This document shows positions 25,825 through 38,050 of a DNA stretch of 64,000 bases, piece by piece (position 1 is the stretch's first letter; each line of letters opens with the position of its first letter). The notes under the pieces are model-generated. The model was not told the DNA's origin. It did not search any database and worked only from the letters and a program-made list of their open reading frames with translations. The position numbers and the translations under genes are program-made. The DNA comes from Octopus vulgaris (Eukaryota). The DNA lies in NCBI GenBank assembly GCA_951406725.2, contig OX597815.1, positions 45,322,001 to 45,386,000 of the forward strand, read 5' to 3'.

Positions 25825-28115
25825 CACCAAACAAGCAGGAGGAACCAAAAGTAATAAAAATTATTAATCTAACTCACAAGGAACTAACAGCAAACCAAAT
25901 AAACATACTTTCCAAAGGACTCAAGTTTACACCCACCCCACAACACCCCAACTACAATGAAATGAAAGAAGACATCGCAGAATTCTGCAGAAAATTAAGA
26001 CTTACTGAGGAGCTATACGATAAATACAACGAGGACGAATCGTTAGCCAGAAATAGGAGTAACTACACCCCCTCGAAAGGTAAGAATAAAACACTTGATG
26101 ATTTCTGTGACCACATATCAAATTACCCATATCAACATATGCACAAACAAAAACACAAACCAAACTTCAGCAAAAAAGAATGGGCTGAGTTGAACAAATT
26201 AAAACTAGATAAAACAATAACAATCAAAGAGGCCGATAAAGGGAGTGCTGTTGTCTTAATGGATACGACATTTTACATAACTTTGGTACTTTCTATGCTG
26301 GAAGACACAACATACTATGAAAAGGCACAAAACTACAGTCAACAAAAAATAATGAGGGAACTAAAATCCATATTAAACCCATACAAAGCAGGGCTCACCG
26401 ACAAAGAATATGATTATATGACCAATTTCACAAGTAAAACTAGCCAATTCTACGGTATACCTAAGATCCACAAAAGTGAAAAAATAAGCAACGCATGCAA
26501 GATAGCTACAGACAAAATAATTAAAGTCCCTAATCCTAATGACCTCAAATTGAGACCCATAATAGCAGGTCCCGCATGCGAAACCCACCGCCTCAGTAAC
26601 TTTTTAGACACCCTGTTAAAACCACTCCTCAAACATGTCAAAAGCTATATAAGGGACGACTTAGATATGCTCAATCACCTACCGAATACTATAAACAAAA
26701 ACACCATACTGGTATCCTTCGATGTAGTCAACCTCTACTCCAATATCCCCCACAACCTAGGACTAGAGGCAATCCAATTCTGGCTAGAGAATCACGCCAA
26801 CGAACTACCACACCGCATCAAAAAAGAATTTGTGATAGAAGGGGTTAAATTCATCCTGGAAAATAACTTCTTCGCCTTCAATGACAACTTCTACCGACAA
26901 AAATCGGGGACTGCGATGGGTACACGAATGGCCCCCTCCTTTGCCAACCTAGTCATAGGATACCTAGAGATCAGTCTGTATCGTAAGGTTCTAGAAAGAT
27001 ATGGCAGCCCTTTCTCCATCTACATAGAAAACAACTGGAAGAGATATCTAGATGACTGTTTCATCCTTTGGCATAAAAATATAGAAAAACTCATAGAATT
27101 CCAGAAAATTTTAAACGGACTGGACGTAAACATCCAATTCACGATGGAATATAGCCAACAACAACTCCCCTTCCTCGATATCCTCATTAAGAAAGCTAAT
27201 AATATAATAGAAACAGACATATACTATAAGCCTACAGACTCTAAGCAATATCTTCCATTCAATTCATGCCACCCCAGACACACCAGGATGAATATCCCCT
27301 TCAATCTAGCAAAAAGGATATGCACTATAGTCTCTAACGCAAACACCAGAGACACACGACTACAAGAACTAAAAGATACCCTAATCACCAGGAACTATCC
27401 ACCTTCACTTATTGACAAGTGCATTCAACGTGCCCTTCAACTTAACATCAAGGAACTGAGACATCCCAAATCAAAGAAAAACTTACAACCAAAAGCCTTA
27501 CCATACATCTCCACACACAACCCTCTCAATAACGAAGCCTTCGACACCATCCTCCACAACATACCCCTCCTAAAAAAAGACCACAGAATGAACACAATCC
27601 TCCAAACACACACGATCATAAAAAGCAAAAGACAGCCTAGATCCATGAAAAGTCTCCTCACACAAGCCCGAATTCACTCTTCAACACAGAAGCCGACAGT
27701 AAAAAAATGTGGAAGACCCAATTGCGGGATATGCGACTATCTAATCGAGGGTTCTGAGTTCTCCTTCAAACAGGGACAACGGTTTACAGTGAAAAGCAAC
27801 TTCACATGTGCTTCGGAGAACCTAATATACTCACTAACCTGCTCCGGGTGTCAAGAGCAGTACATAGGCCAAACAAAAAATGGTTTGCGTAAACGAATGG
27901 CCCTGCACAGATCCCAGATAAAAATTCCCCAAAACAGAAAAATAGCTTTTAGCCAACACATAGATACTTGCGCCAACAAAAAAACACCAAACTTCAGAAT
28001 TTTCCCCCTCTACCAATTTAGGGACGATACAACCTCGAGACAAAGAATAAGTAAAGAAAATCTCTTTATTACAAAATACAAGCCACTTCTTAACGGGTCT
28101 ACGACAAACAATTAA
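25761..28115 (+). CDS. PLE ORF2: reverse transcriptase plus GIY-YIG endonuclease (frame open from 25761, first ATG 25962)
   Basis: Contains the N-terminal IINLT...LSKGLKFTPTP, then ADKG, FYGIPKIHK, LRPIIAG, SFDVVNLYSNI, GTAMGT, RYLDD, LPFLD, YYKPT, the CxxxxCxxC linker, NLIYSLTCSGC...YIGQT and the catalytic R/E region. Confidence 0.95.
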   Translation, partial: LPSQPPHSFFRPNTQTQRHKIAPNKQEEPKVIKIINLTHKELTANQINILSKGLKFTPTPQHPNYNEMKEDIAEFCRKLRLTEELYDKYNEDESLARNRSNYTPSKGKNKTLDDFCDHISNYPYQHMHKQKHKPNFSKKEWAELNKLKLDKTITIKEADKGSAVVLMDTTFYITLVLSMLEDTTYYEKAQNYSQQKIMRELKSILNPYKAGLTDKEYDYMTNFTSKTSQFYGIPKIHKSEKISNACKIATDKIIKVPNPNDLKLRPIIAGPACETHRLSNFLDTLLKPLLKHVKSYIRDDLDMLNHLPNTINKNTILVSFDVVNLYSNIPHNLGLEAIQFWLENHANELPHRIKKEFVIEGVKFILENNFFAFNDNFYRQKSGTAMGTRMAPSFANLVIGYLEISLYRKVLERYGSPFSIYIENNWKRYLDDCFILWHKNIEKLIEFQKILNGLDVNIQFTMEYSQQQLPFLDILIKKANNIIETDIYYKPTDSKQYLPFNSCHPRHTRMNIPFNLAKRICTIVSNANTRDTRLQELKDTLITRNYPPSLIDKCIQRALQLNIKELRHPKSKKNLQPKALPYISTHNPLNNEAFDTILHNIPLLKKDHRMNTILQTHTIIKSKRQPRSMKSLLTQARIHSSTQKPTVKKCGRPNCGICDYLIEGSEFSFKQGQRFTVKSNFTCASENLIYSLTCSGCQEQYIGQTKNGLRKRMALHRSQIKIPQNRKIAFSQHIDTCANKKTPNFRIFPLYQFRDDTTSRQRISKENLFITKYKPLLNGSTTNN
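25785..25791 (+). other. Candidate -1 ribosomal frameshift slippery heptamer T TTT TTA
   Basis: It lies in ORF1 phase (caT TTT TTA) inside the 64-nt ORF1/ORF2 overlap. ORF2 is in the -1 frame. Confidence 0.65.
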
Positions 28116-28813
28116 TATACCTCAACTTTAGAATAAAAGAAAAAAATATATATACACACACAAATACTACACTCCATAGAATCCATTACTAATCAGCCCC
28201 TTCATAGCTATATTTACACCCATTCATATTCTCCCTTCTCTGTTTTTTTCTTCTTCTTCTTCTTCATCATCATCGTTATCATCATCATCGGCGTCATCAT
28301 CATCACCACCATCATCACCACCATCTTCTCCTTCTCCTCCTCCTTCTTCTTCTTCTTCTTCTTCTTCTTCTTCTTCATCATCATCGTTATCATCATCATC
28401 GTCGTCATAATCATCACCACCATCACCATCATCTTCTCCTTCTCCTTCTTCTTCTTCTTCTTCTTCTTCTTCTTCTTCTTCTTCTCCACCCCTACCCCTT
28501 AAGTTTGTCACTAATGTTTTTTAGTATAACACCTACGCTAATTCTATAAACAATCCTGAATTGAACTGAGACTGCCAGCCGCCACTGACCATTCAAAATA
28601 CGACCATCAGGGCACTCCCAGATTCTCCCACCCCCTTTCCTCACCAGCCTTCCCTCTACTACCCTACCAAGAACTCACAACTACCTCGAACACACAAGTG
28701 CAAACAAGGGAGTCAGAGAAAGGCAGAATGCCACTTAAATCTGAACACTACTATCGAAATATTCTTTTAAAAAAACTTTTCTTCTAATTTTTCTAAATTT
28801 AATTATTTAATCG

Positions 28814-28857
28814 TTACAGTTGAAAAGGTCTCAAAATGACCGAAACCGGTACTGAAA
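28814..28857 (+). ncRNA. Hammerhead ribozyme motif (downstream pLTR copy)
   Basis: Identical to 24428-24471, located 4386 bp downstream. Confidence 0.75.
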
Positions 28858-28974
28858 TGTTCGCTATAAAATTATTTTAGCATTTTCTATTTTTTACTTG
28901 TTTTTTCATATATATCAACTCGTGTGTTCCTTTTCACCCTTATACATATCATTAACCCACACGAGATACAGAAA

Positions 28975-29840
28975 ATGCCGACAAAAACAGACACAATCAC
29001 CTCCATAAACGAAGAAATACTGAAAGAACTCAAGAAAATCAACACAAATTTGTCAACTTTTTGAACAAATTCGACTCGACACTTCAACCCAATCGAGAGA
29101 ACAATGAAGAAACAGATACGAAAAATACAACCTCCGAAATTGTCGAAAACCTTGGAAACTTATGCGAAACAATTAGAACATTTTTCTCTAACAACGCTAA
29201 CCAAGGACCTCCAAACGCGTCAATATATGGGATCAATACTCTAACAACATACCAAATGAAACACCACATAATACCACAATGGAACAAATCACTCAGAGAT
29301 AGAAAGTTCGCCTTTTGGAAGATGATCCAAAACAACAACAAAGCGGATATATACGAAAAATGGCTCAACCGGACCCCGTTAATCCTCCCACGTAAATTCC
29401 AGTTCAAAGCTATTACAGAAGAACCTGAAACACAAAGACACCTCAGGGAGAGAATGGCACTGGAAAAAATGAAAATGGAAATAGAACTTCTGAAATTGAG
29501 GGCCCAAACGAATGAGGATAAAATAAAATCCACCGATGAAGATATCAACGAAGAAATTCGCAAAATGACCCAAGGCCCAGATCAAGAGAAGTTCTCCAAA
29601 CTATGGAAAGAGGACTGTGAAAAAGAAGAACTAAAATCTCTCCAACGCTGGGAGAAAAGCGCCACTTGGTTCTCAGACTATGAAGCCGTCTTTCAAACAG
29701 AGCACGCCTCCAACAACCCTTTCCAGAAAATAAGAAAACCAAAACAACACCCAAACACCGATACACACCTGTCTAAAAATCGGAACCTTCACTACTATCA
29801 AAAAAAGAATACAGGACCCAACCCCAACTCTGTAAGCAGC
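28975..29840 (+). pseudogene. 3'-truncated second copy of ORF1 with a 1-nt deletion
   Basis: Identical to 24589-25455 except T5 instead of T6 at ~29058-29062. Homology ends at ...GTAAGCAGC (29840). Confidence 0.85.
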
Positions 29841-29977
29841 AAATACCTTAATTATATTATCTTCGGGATGTTCCTTTTTTTTTTTTTTGTTAATTCGTAT
29901 TACACTTTAGTCAACAGCTTCTCACCTTCATCAGATATAAGCATTCTATCAAGACCATTCTTACATAATACATGAAG

Positions 29978-30125
<148 letters not shown>

Positions 30126-30383
30126 TATATATATATACATATTTATATACATATATATATATACATATATATGTATACACACACACTCACACACATATAT
30201 ATATTCATTTATTTGTATATGCACATATATATACATATATATATATATATATGTATATATTTATATATGTATGCATATATATGTATATATATATATAATG
30301 TATGTATATATATGCATATATATATATATATATATACGTATATGTATATATATATACACATACATATAAATGTATATATACAT

Positions 30384-30431
<48 letters not shown>

Positions 30432-31246
30432 CCCAATGTATATGTATATGTATGTATATGTGCACCAGAAGCCAACATGATGTTCTCTCATTGTAACTAT
30501 TGCAGTATTCTTTGTGCTAACAGAACAACGACTTTTAAGTGGGCATAAATATCATCTCTGGGTATTAATACTGCTTCTGTCGCTAATACACACACACGCA
30601 CGCACATACACACACAAACACACGCACAAACACACACACATTTATAACCTCGGATATTCTCATACACGCATGTATATTGTGTATATGTGTTTACATGTGT
30701 GTATGCGTGTGTCTATCTACACTGTAACAATATGAAACTCTATTCAAAAATCATTTAATATAGCTTCATATTTAGCTCTATTTATAAGCACCAAAGGTTA
30801 TCTATCTTCACTGATTATTTATGAAGTTTCCCATTATTTAGTAAGAATGAGCTCTATAAACACTTATTCTATTTGCTTTCAACGTGATATTACATAGAGA
30901 AAGTGATTCAGTAAAGCTCGTTAAAATAAAATTATTAATACATATCGAAGGGCAAAAAACTTCGAATAGATTAAATTTAATAAAGTGTCATGCTGGTAGG
31001 ACGATTTGTAAAAGAATCTAACCTTGCCCGCATCATAGTATTTCTTATTCAGTATACGCATACATATTTGGATTATATTCGAATATGTACGTTTGTGTTT
31101 ACATGTCTGTCTAAACACACATACACACATACACACACATACACACAAACATACACACATATATATTCATATATACATGCACATATACACACATTATATA
31201 TATGTACACAATTATATGTATACAATTATATGTATACAATTACATG

Positions 31247-31300
<54 letters not shown>

Positions 31301-31308
31301 TGTGTATA

Positions 31309-32190
31309 CAGAGGTTGGACAAAATAATGGAAACACCGTAAAATTTCAAACAAATTTATTTTAATATGGAGTAGGATCGCCTTTGGCAGTAATTACAGCT
31401 TTAATTCTACGAGGTATGGACTCGTACAAAGTTTGATTTGTTTCCAAAGGAATTTTTGTCCATTCTTCAGCTAAAACAGTCTCCTGTTCTTGTAGTGATG
31501 ATGGTGCAGGGCATCGACTCCTTGTTTTTCTAAAATGCATCATAAATGTTCAACAATATTGAGATCTGGTGGACTGTGGTGACCAGAGAAGATGTTCAAC
31601 TTCACTAGAATGTTCCCTGTGCCATTCAGTAACAACTTTAACTGTGTGAATTGGTGCATTATCATCCTGAAAGACTGCGGTTCCCTCCGGAAACAGTTCC
31701 GCAACTATAGGATGTAATTTGATCAGATAAAACGCTTAAATACTCTTGGCTATTAATTCTGTCATGAAGGGAAACCATTGAGCCGGCAGATTTCCAAGAT
31801 ATAGCCTCCACTCTGATCATCACAGATCCTCCTCCTTGTTTAACAGTTAGAAGAAAGCAGTCTGGGTCAAATGGTTCTTTTGGCTGCTCCAAATGTATAC
31901 TCGGCCGGTGGTCAGAAATAAGGTAAAGAATGACTCGTCTAAGAAAATAACATTGTTCTACTGCTCTAGGGACAAATTCTGTAGCTTTTTACTCCACTCT
32001 AAACGCTTTGCATGTTTTTTTTTGTTTTTTGTTTTTTAGGTAGTGGCTTTCTGATTGCAGCCCTTCCGTTTTCGAGGTACTCATTAAGCTCTGCAGTAAT
32101 TTTCGGAGCTGTACTTTTGTGATCCTTTCTAACAATTCTGAAAGTTTTGGTTTTCTTCCGGAGTTGTATTCTTTCACCACAACTTTCTCT
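31309..32190 (-). pseudogene. Degenerate Tc1-like transposon (right end plus transposase remnant)
   Basis: The end reads TA-CAGAGGTTGGACAAAATAATGGAAACACC. Fragments translate to TVKQGGGSVMI, FQDDNAPIH (minus ~31648-31674) and LYESIPRRIKAVITAKGDPTPY. Confidence 0.8.
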
Positions 32191-32839
32191 CACTCTTTCT
32201 TCATACTTCTGCCACAAAGCAGAGGAACCATGGTGTAACCCACTATGGTGTGGTAAACTTTCAGACCTTAGTTTAGATTACGAATCCTCTGTACCCCAGG
32301 ATGGTTCAGCTCTCCACCCGTTAAAAGTCACCGTTTACGGAATGAGGATAACAACGTAGCTTTCGCACCCGTGCAACCGCCAGTCTATAGCGTGTGGTGG
32401 GCGGATCTTCAAGTTGCCACACGCATTCTTAGTAGCTTAGAATCGGCTCGAATTAGAGATTATTCTTTGTGGCTAATGGCGTGAGTCCTGATCGGAAGAA
32501 GAAGAAGAAGAAGAAGAAGAAGAAGAAGAAGAAGAAGAAGAAGAAGAAGAAGAAGAAGAAGAAGAAGAGGAGGAGGAGGAGGAGGAGGAGGAGGAGGAGG
32601 TAAAGAAGAAGAAGAAGAAGAAGAAGAAGAAGAAGAAGAAGAAGAAGAAGAAGAAGAAGAAGAAGAAGAAGAAGAAGAAGAAGAAGAAGAAGAAGAAAAG
32701 ACAGCAGCAATGGCTGAAGAGACGGTATTCTGCTCATGAAAAGGTAGGAGGAGGTTTTATCGTTGACAGTTCGAAGTTTAAAACGTTGTACCACTACATC
32801 AGTTTGTTGTTGTTGTTGCAGCAACGGCAGCAGCAGCAG

Positions 32840-33400
32840 TTAACAACCACCGCAGCCTCAGTTGCAGCAACGGCAATAACGGAAACAACAGCAGCAAAGA
32901 CAGCAGTAGTAACGATAGCAGCGGCTGGTTAGGTAATAGAAATAGCAACACCACTAACAGCATCAGCAACAACAACAATAGCAAGATCTCCCTCGCTGGA
33001 GCAGTCCACATAGGAGAACTGTACAGCCTCTTCTAACTAGATAAGTGGACGAATTATAGGACACTGCCGAGTTAGGAAAACCGAGGAGAAAAGAGAAGAG
33101 CCTGTGCCCCCTTTTAAAACCAACTACAATTGCCTGAGTTTGAAATCTCGTGGCCTGGAGACGGCCACGATGCACATGTAGAAATGGCCCTTAATGATGT
33201 ATGGCAGAAAATTGCACAGATACCTTGGACAAGGCATTTCGGTGGAGCCGAGGTCCTGTTTAAGACTGGGGCCTTCGCAGTACAATATTCAGCATTCGAG
33301 CACTGCAGAGAGGACTTTGCTTTCTTCTTCACTTATTTGGGAAGAAGGGCATTAAAAGTAACAATAGTGGGGGGTCCACCTGAGCTAAATCCCTAGTTGT
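32840..33400 (+). mobile_element. Decayed repeat, possibly a LINE 5' region/ORF1 remnant; second copy at ~35640-36150
   Basis: 32850-32960 matches 35665-35790 and 32970-33120 matches 36000-36150. ORF 33130-33396 ends LKVTIVGGPPEL, which resembles ORF1 RRM motifs. Confidence 0.4.
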
Positions 33401-33802
33401 TACATCCGATAGGATGATGAAAGTGCGACTGGGAGTTAAAATATTACGGTTTTTAGAGTCAATACCCTTACGATGACAAATGTGTAGAATAAGATAGAAG
33501 AGTTCTATACTACACCACAGAGACACCTAGATACCGTGCTAACAAAAGATAAGCTACTTATCCTCGGATACTCTAATGCAAGAATGAAGAAGGAATACCA
33601 GAAAAGTTCTAAGTTCTAGGAAATTTTGGAGGTGATCTTAACTCCAATGGATAACTCCCGCTTGAACTATGCACCAAATGTGATCTGGTTTTACAAATAA
33701 TTTTTTTTTTGCATTCTCCTGAAATGTGGTATTATAGCCGGGGTCATCTGCAGTCGAGGCAATGACATCCTCAGGGACAATATTGCGAATAAAAACTATA
33801 CA

Positions 33803-33980
33803 CGGTGCAGGAGTGGCTGTGTGGTAAATAGCTGGCTTACCTACCACATGGTTCCGTGTTCAGTCCCACTACGTGGCACTTTGGGCAAGTGTCTTCTACG
33901 ATAGCCTCGGGCCGATCAAAGCCTTGTGAGTGGATTTGGTAGAAGGAAACTGAAAGAAGTCTGTCGTATATATGTATATG

Positions 33981-34052
<72 letters not shown>

Positions 34053-34225
34053 TGTGTTTGTCTTTGTCCCACCCAACATCGTTTGACAACCGATGCTGGT
34101 ATGTTTACGTCCCCGTAATTTAGCGAAAAGTACTAGGCTTACAAAGAATAAGTCCTGAGGTCGATTTGCTCGACTAAAGGCGGTGCTCCAGCATGGCCGC
34201 AGTCAAATGACTGAAACAAGTAAAG
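33803..34225 (+). mobile_element. Near full-length tRNA-derived SINE (family A)
   Basis: Runs from GGTGCAGGAGTGGCTGTGTGGTAA...GTTCAGTCC through internal (TA)n(TG)n to the tail GCATGGCCGCAGTCAAATGACTGAAACAAGTAAA. Confidence 0.85.
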
Positions 34226-34935
34226 AAAAAAGAAAAAAGCGTATAGGGCTTGAAAAGAGAAGCTACTTACCACATTGATATATTGCTTTCAAATTTGGGC
34301 ACAAGCCCAGCAATTTTGTGGGTGAGGCTAGTCGATTACATCGAACTCAGTGCTCAATTGATTCTTATTTTAGCGACTCTGAAAGGAGCCAACCTCGACA
34401 GAACTTGAACTCAGAACATAAAGACGTTCGAAATACCGCTAAACATTTTGCCCGGCGTACTACCGATTCTATCAGCTCACCGCTCTACATTGACTACGTA
34501 TTAATATGTACCACATGCAAACTGTCTGTGACACGGAATTACACCAAAGCGAGTGAACGTCAGCAACCTAAAAGTTGTTGAAGTGCAACATATTCACTTG
34601 CAGTGAATATGACTTGTCAATTAAACGCACTACTTGACACTCCACCAGCAGACACCATACAAGCCGATGGTTACTGTGCAGCGTTGCGTGAAACAATGTA
34701 CAAAGCAGCCACAGCCTGAATAAGGTCTCCCTAAACGCAAGAATGCTAACTAGTCTGATGAAAGCTTGGGCTATCAAAGGCAGTAATGTAAGTCACTAAG
34801 ATTCCAAGATATATACCTCTATACATATACACGCATAAATTCATACACACACACATGCATACAAATACACAGACATATGTACGTACGTTCGTACATACAT
34901 ACATACATACATACATACATACATACATACATACA

Positions 34936-34966
<31 letters not shown>

Positions 34967-35284
34967 TCTACAGCATGAATAAAAGCATGCCGTTCATTGG
35001 TGATAAATATTACCTCCAACATAAAAGCTACAATTATCAGACTTGTTAAATAACTGGTTATTTTCTCCTCGCAGCCATCAACGAAACGTTTTATACAAAA
35101 TTGCGGCGATAATTGTCGTAAACTTGAAATTACGACCATAAGAAAATCATTACAAATGCTTTGCCTGAAAACACGATGAAAAAACATCAAAGAACGACTG
35201 AGAAAAAAAAAGCATCAGCGGAAAAATTAAACAGAAACTTATTGTACAAACATTTCAGACATTTAGCCAGTAGTATACAGACAT

Positions 35285-35321
<37 letters not shown>

Positions 35322-37804
35322 AACACACGCGGGCAAGTACGTACACACACACACATACATGCACGTACACGCATGCAAGCATGCACGAACGAACGCAAGT
35401 TCACACACACTTACTGACGGACTCTTCAGTTGTAGGTAACAGGTGAGAGTTTCCGCAATTTCTTCTTGAACAACCTTCAGAGGTGATTTGTTTATAGTGA
35501 TCAAATGGTTGTGCTATACATTTGCCCATTCTCTCCATCATAGTGCCCGAAAAGAGGGGAGGGACTGTGTGCCAGACGTCAGATGCCAAAGTGATCGCAG
35601 ACCTTACGTGGAATGAAGTGTTTAATGAATATGAACGCAACGAAACAGATGACATAGGTAACAACGACCGCAGCGTCAGTTGCAGCAGCAGCAATAACGG
35701 CAACAACAGCAGCAAAGACAGCAGTAGTAACGACAGCAGCGGCTGGTTAGGCAACAGTAATAGAAATAGCAACACCACCAACAGCAGCAGCAGCCGTTCA
35801 AGAATTTGGACCTGGAGATTTCCATTTCCAGAGACTTCGAGGGCCACCTCCCAGTGATGTCGGGCGTCAACGAAGAGCCCTCGACTACAACAAGACGACC
35901 AAAGTTTTTTTTTCCAAGGTCTGGTGTCTCCCGCCCCTAAGCCCTAGACCATCACCTAAGCACCCTTACCCGTGTTGTTGCTTAACAACAACAGCAGCAA
36001 CAACAACAATAGCAAGATCTCCCTCGCTGGAGCAGTCCACACATGGGAACTGTACAGCCTCTTCTAACTAGATAAGAGGACGAAATTACAGGACACTGCC
36101 GAGTTAGGAAAACTGAGGGGAAAAGGGAGAAGCTTGTGACCCTTTTAAACATATACACATTTGTGTTCATGTACACATGAACACACATATGTGTATATGC
36201 ATAGGTACACAAAGACCTACTTGTAAAGAACATGCTTTTGCCTATGCATTTATGCATTTTCACAGATATATAGATGCGCATATACAAGTATCCATGTAAA
36301 CAAATATAACTGATGTTGTCTAAATTCAGTTTAAAGAGCTTTGTCTCGATGTTGGAAACCGGCTCCTTCACTCTGGTGAGATATTTTAAAAATCTAAACA
36401 TTCACATCTATTTATGCGTGCAAGAAAGGAAGACAGGAATTGCTTATTTAAAGACTAGCTTGAGAACAATAGAAGATGTTAGGGTTCACAATCTAACTCC
36501 TTTCGCAGAACTGATGGCAAATACAGCAGTTAGAAATACACAAATCTCTTTAACAAAGACTAAGGCTATCTATAGCAATAAAACAACAAAGTATAATACC
36601 TTAATTGTAATACCATTCTTTTGTAAACCCATCGCTGTGTCTGTGTAACTTTCGTGCGCATACAAAGTCTTTTATAGGTATATATGAAAACAAAACACAT
36701 ACACACGCTCTCTCATGCAGATTTAGATATACATACGTACGTACATACATACATACATACATACATACATACATACATACATACATACATACATACATAC
36801 GTACATACATATATATGCATATACATATATATAAATATACTTATGCCAGAGATATATATATATATATATACATACATACATGCATACATACATATGCATA
36901 TACATATATATATATGCATTTATATATACATATACATATGTATATGTGTGTATCTGCTCATATTTTGTGAGTGTGGACGTATATGAATACAGACATCTAC
37001 AATAATATGTGTATGTCTGTGCTCATATTTTCATGAATATGGACGTATATAGACATACATATACAATACTATAAGCAAATATTGAAAAATTACGATTGTG
37101 CACCAGCAGACGTTCAGAACTAGATATACTACGTCCATTTTGCTCCTAGTCTCTCGAACTGCCCTCTTTCACCTCGACGAATGATCCTTTTCCTGTGTGA
37201 ACTCGACATTGCGATCAACGGCCTGACAGTACACTAATCAACATTTCAGATACCAGCATACGTAACAAAATGCTCCCGTAATCACGTACAAATGCAGACG
37301 TGCTCTTGCATGTTGTTACACATACACAGACACACACAACAAAGAACAGTCAGTCTGCAAAAGCAAGTAAGAGAGTTTCACAGGTGAGCATATAGTTTAG
37401 TTTGGCATCGGTAACAAAGTGCATGCACTTAACAATCGTAGCTATGGAAAGAAATATTTTATAGTCGCTCTTCGTAAGAAGACATGACAACAGCTGTTTA
37501 TTCTTTCTGCAGTGAAAATGTGATTTCTTCTGTTGTCATCGCTGACTCTTCTACCTGTCTCCACCTTCTCACCCTGTCTTACATGTATGTGTGTGTGTGT
37601 GACGGTGTGCATATGGTATATATATATACTTATATGTGTGTGTGCATGCATTGGTAGGAGTAGGCAGACCTGTAGGGTTAAGAAGCTCGCTTTGCAACCA
37701 CAACCTTTGGGGTTCAGTTCCAAAGCACGTTGCCTTTGGCCCCGGATCAACAAATGCCTTGTGAGGGAATTTGGTACCCTGCATCAATCATCTGAAAATT
37801 TTCA

Positions 37805-37841
<37 letters not shown>

Positions 37842-37979
37842 TTATGTGTATGTGTGTGTGTGTGTGTGTGTGTGTATTCTATAGAAAATAAATAAAAACT
37901 CCGAGCGCAGAATAGCTGTGAAAACAGCCTAGAAAATTGGGTAAAAACCCGAACAAGACGATAAAAAGTGACCAGCAAG

Positions 37980-38050
37980 TCGCTACAGAGAATCGAACCC
38001 TCTACCTCTCGAATTCCAGCTAAGCGTTCTGTACCATTAAGCTAAGAGGC
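37980..38050 (-). pseudogene. tRNA-like SINE head or tRNA pseudogene
   Basis: The minus strand reads TAGCTTAATGGTA...GGGTTCGATTC (A and B boxes). The acceptor stem pairs poorly. Confidence 0.45.

Noticed and set aside
25761-28115. Selenocysteine recoding, as reported for some Naiad PLEs
   Set aside because: ORF2 has no in-frame TGA, and the conserved Cys positions use ordinary codons.
21430-28511. Poly-K/M and poly-E/D ORFs (21430-21702, 23828-24125, 28214-28511)
   Set aside because: They are antisense readings of the triplet tract in the PLE 3' UTR.
37980-38050. Functional tRNA genes (also 41767 and 53544)
   Set aside because: The cloverleafs are incomplete and the sequences are SINE heads or relics.
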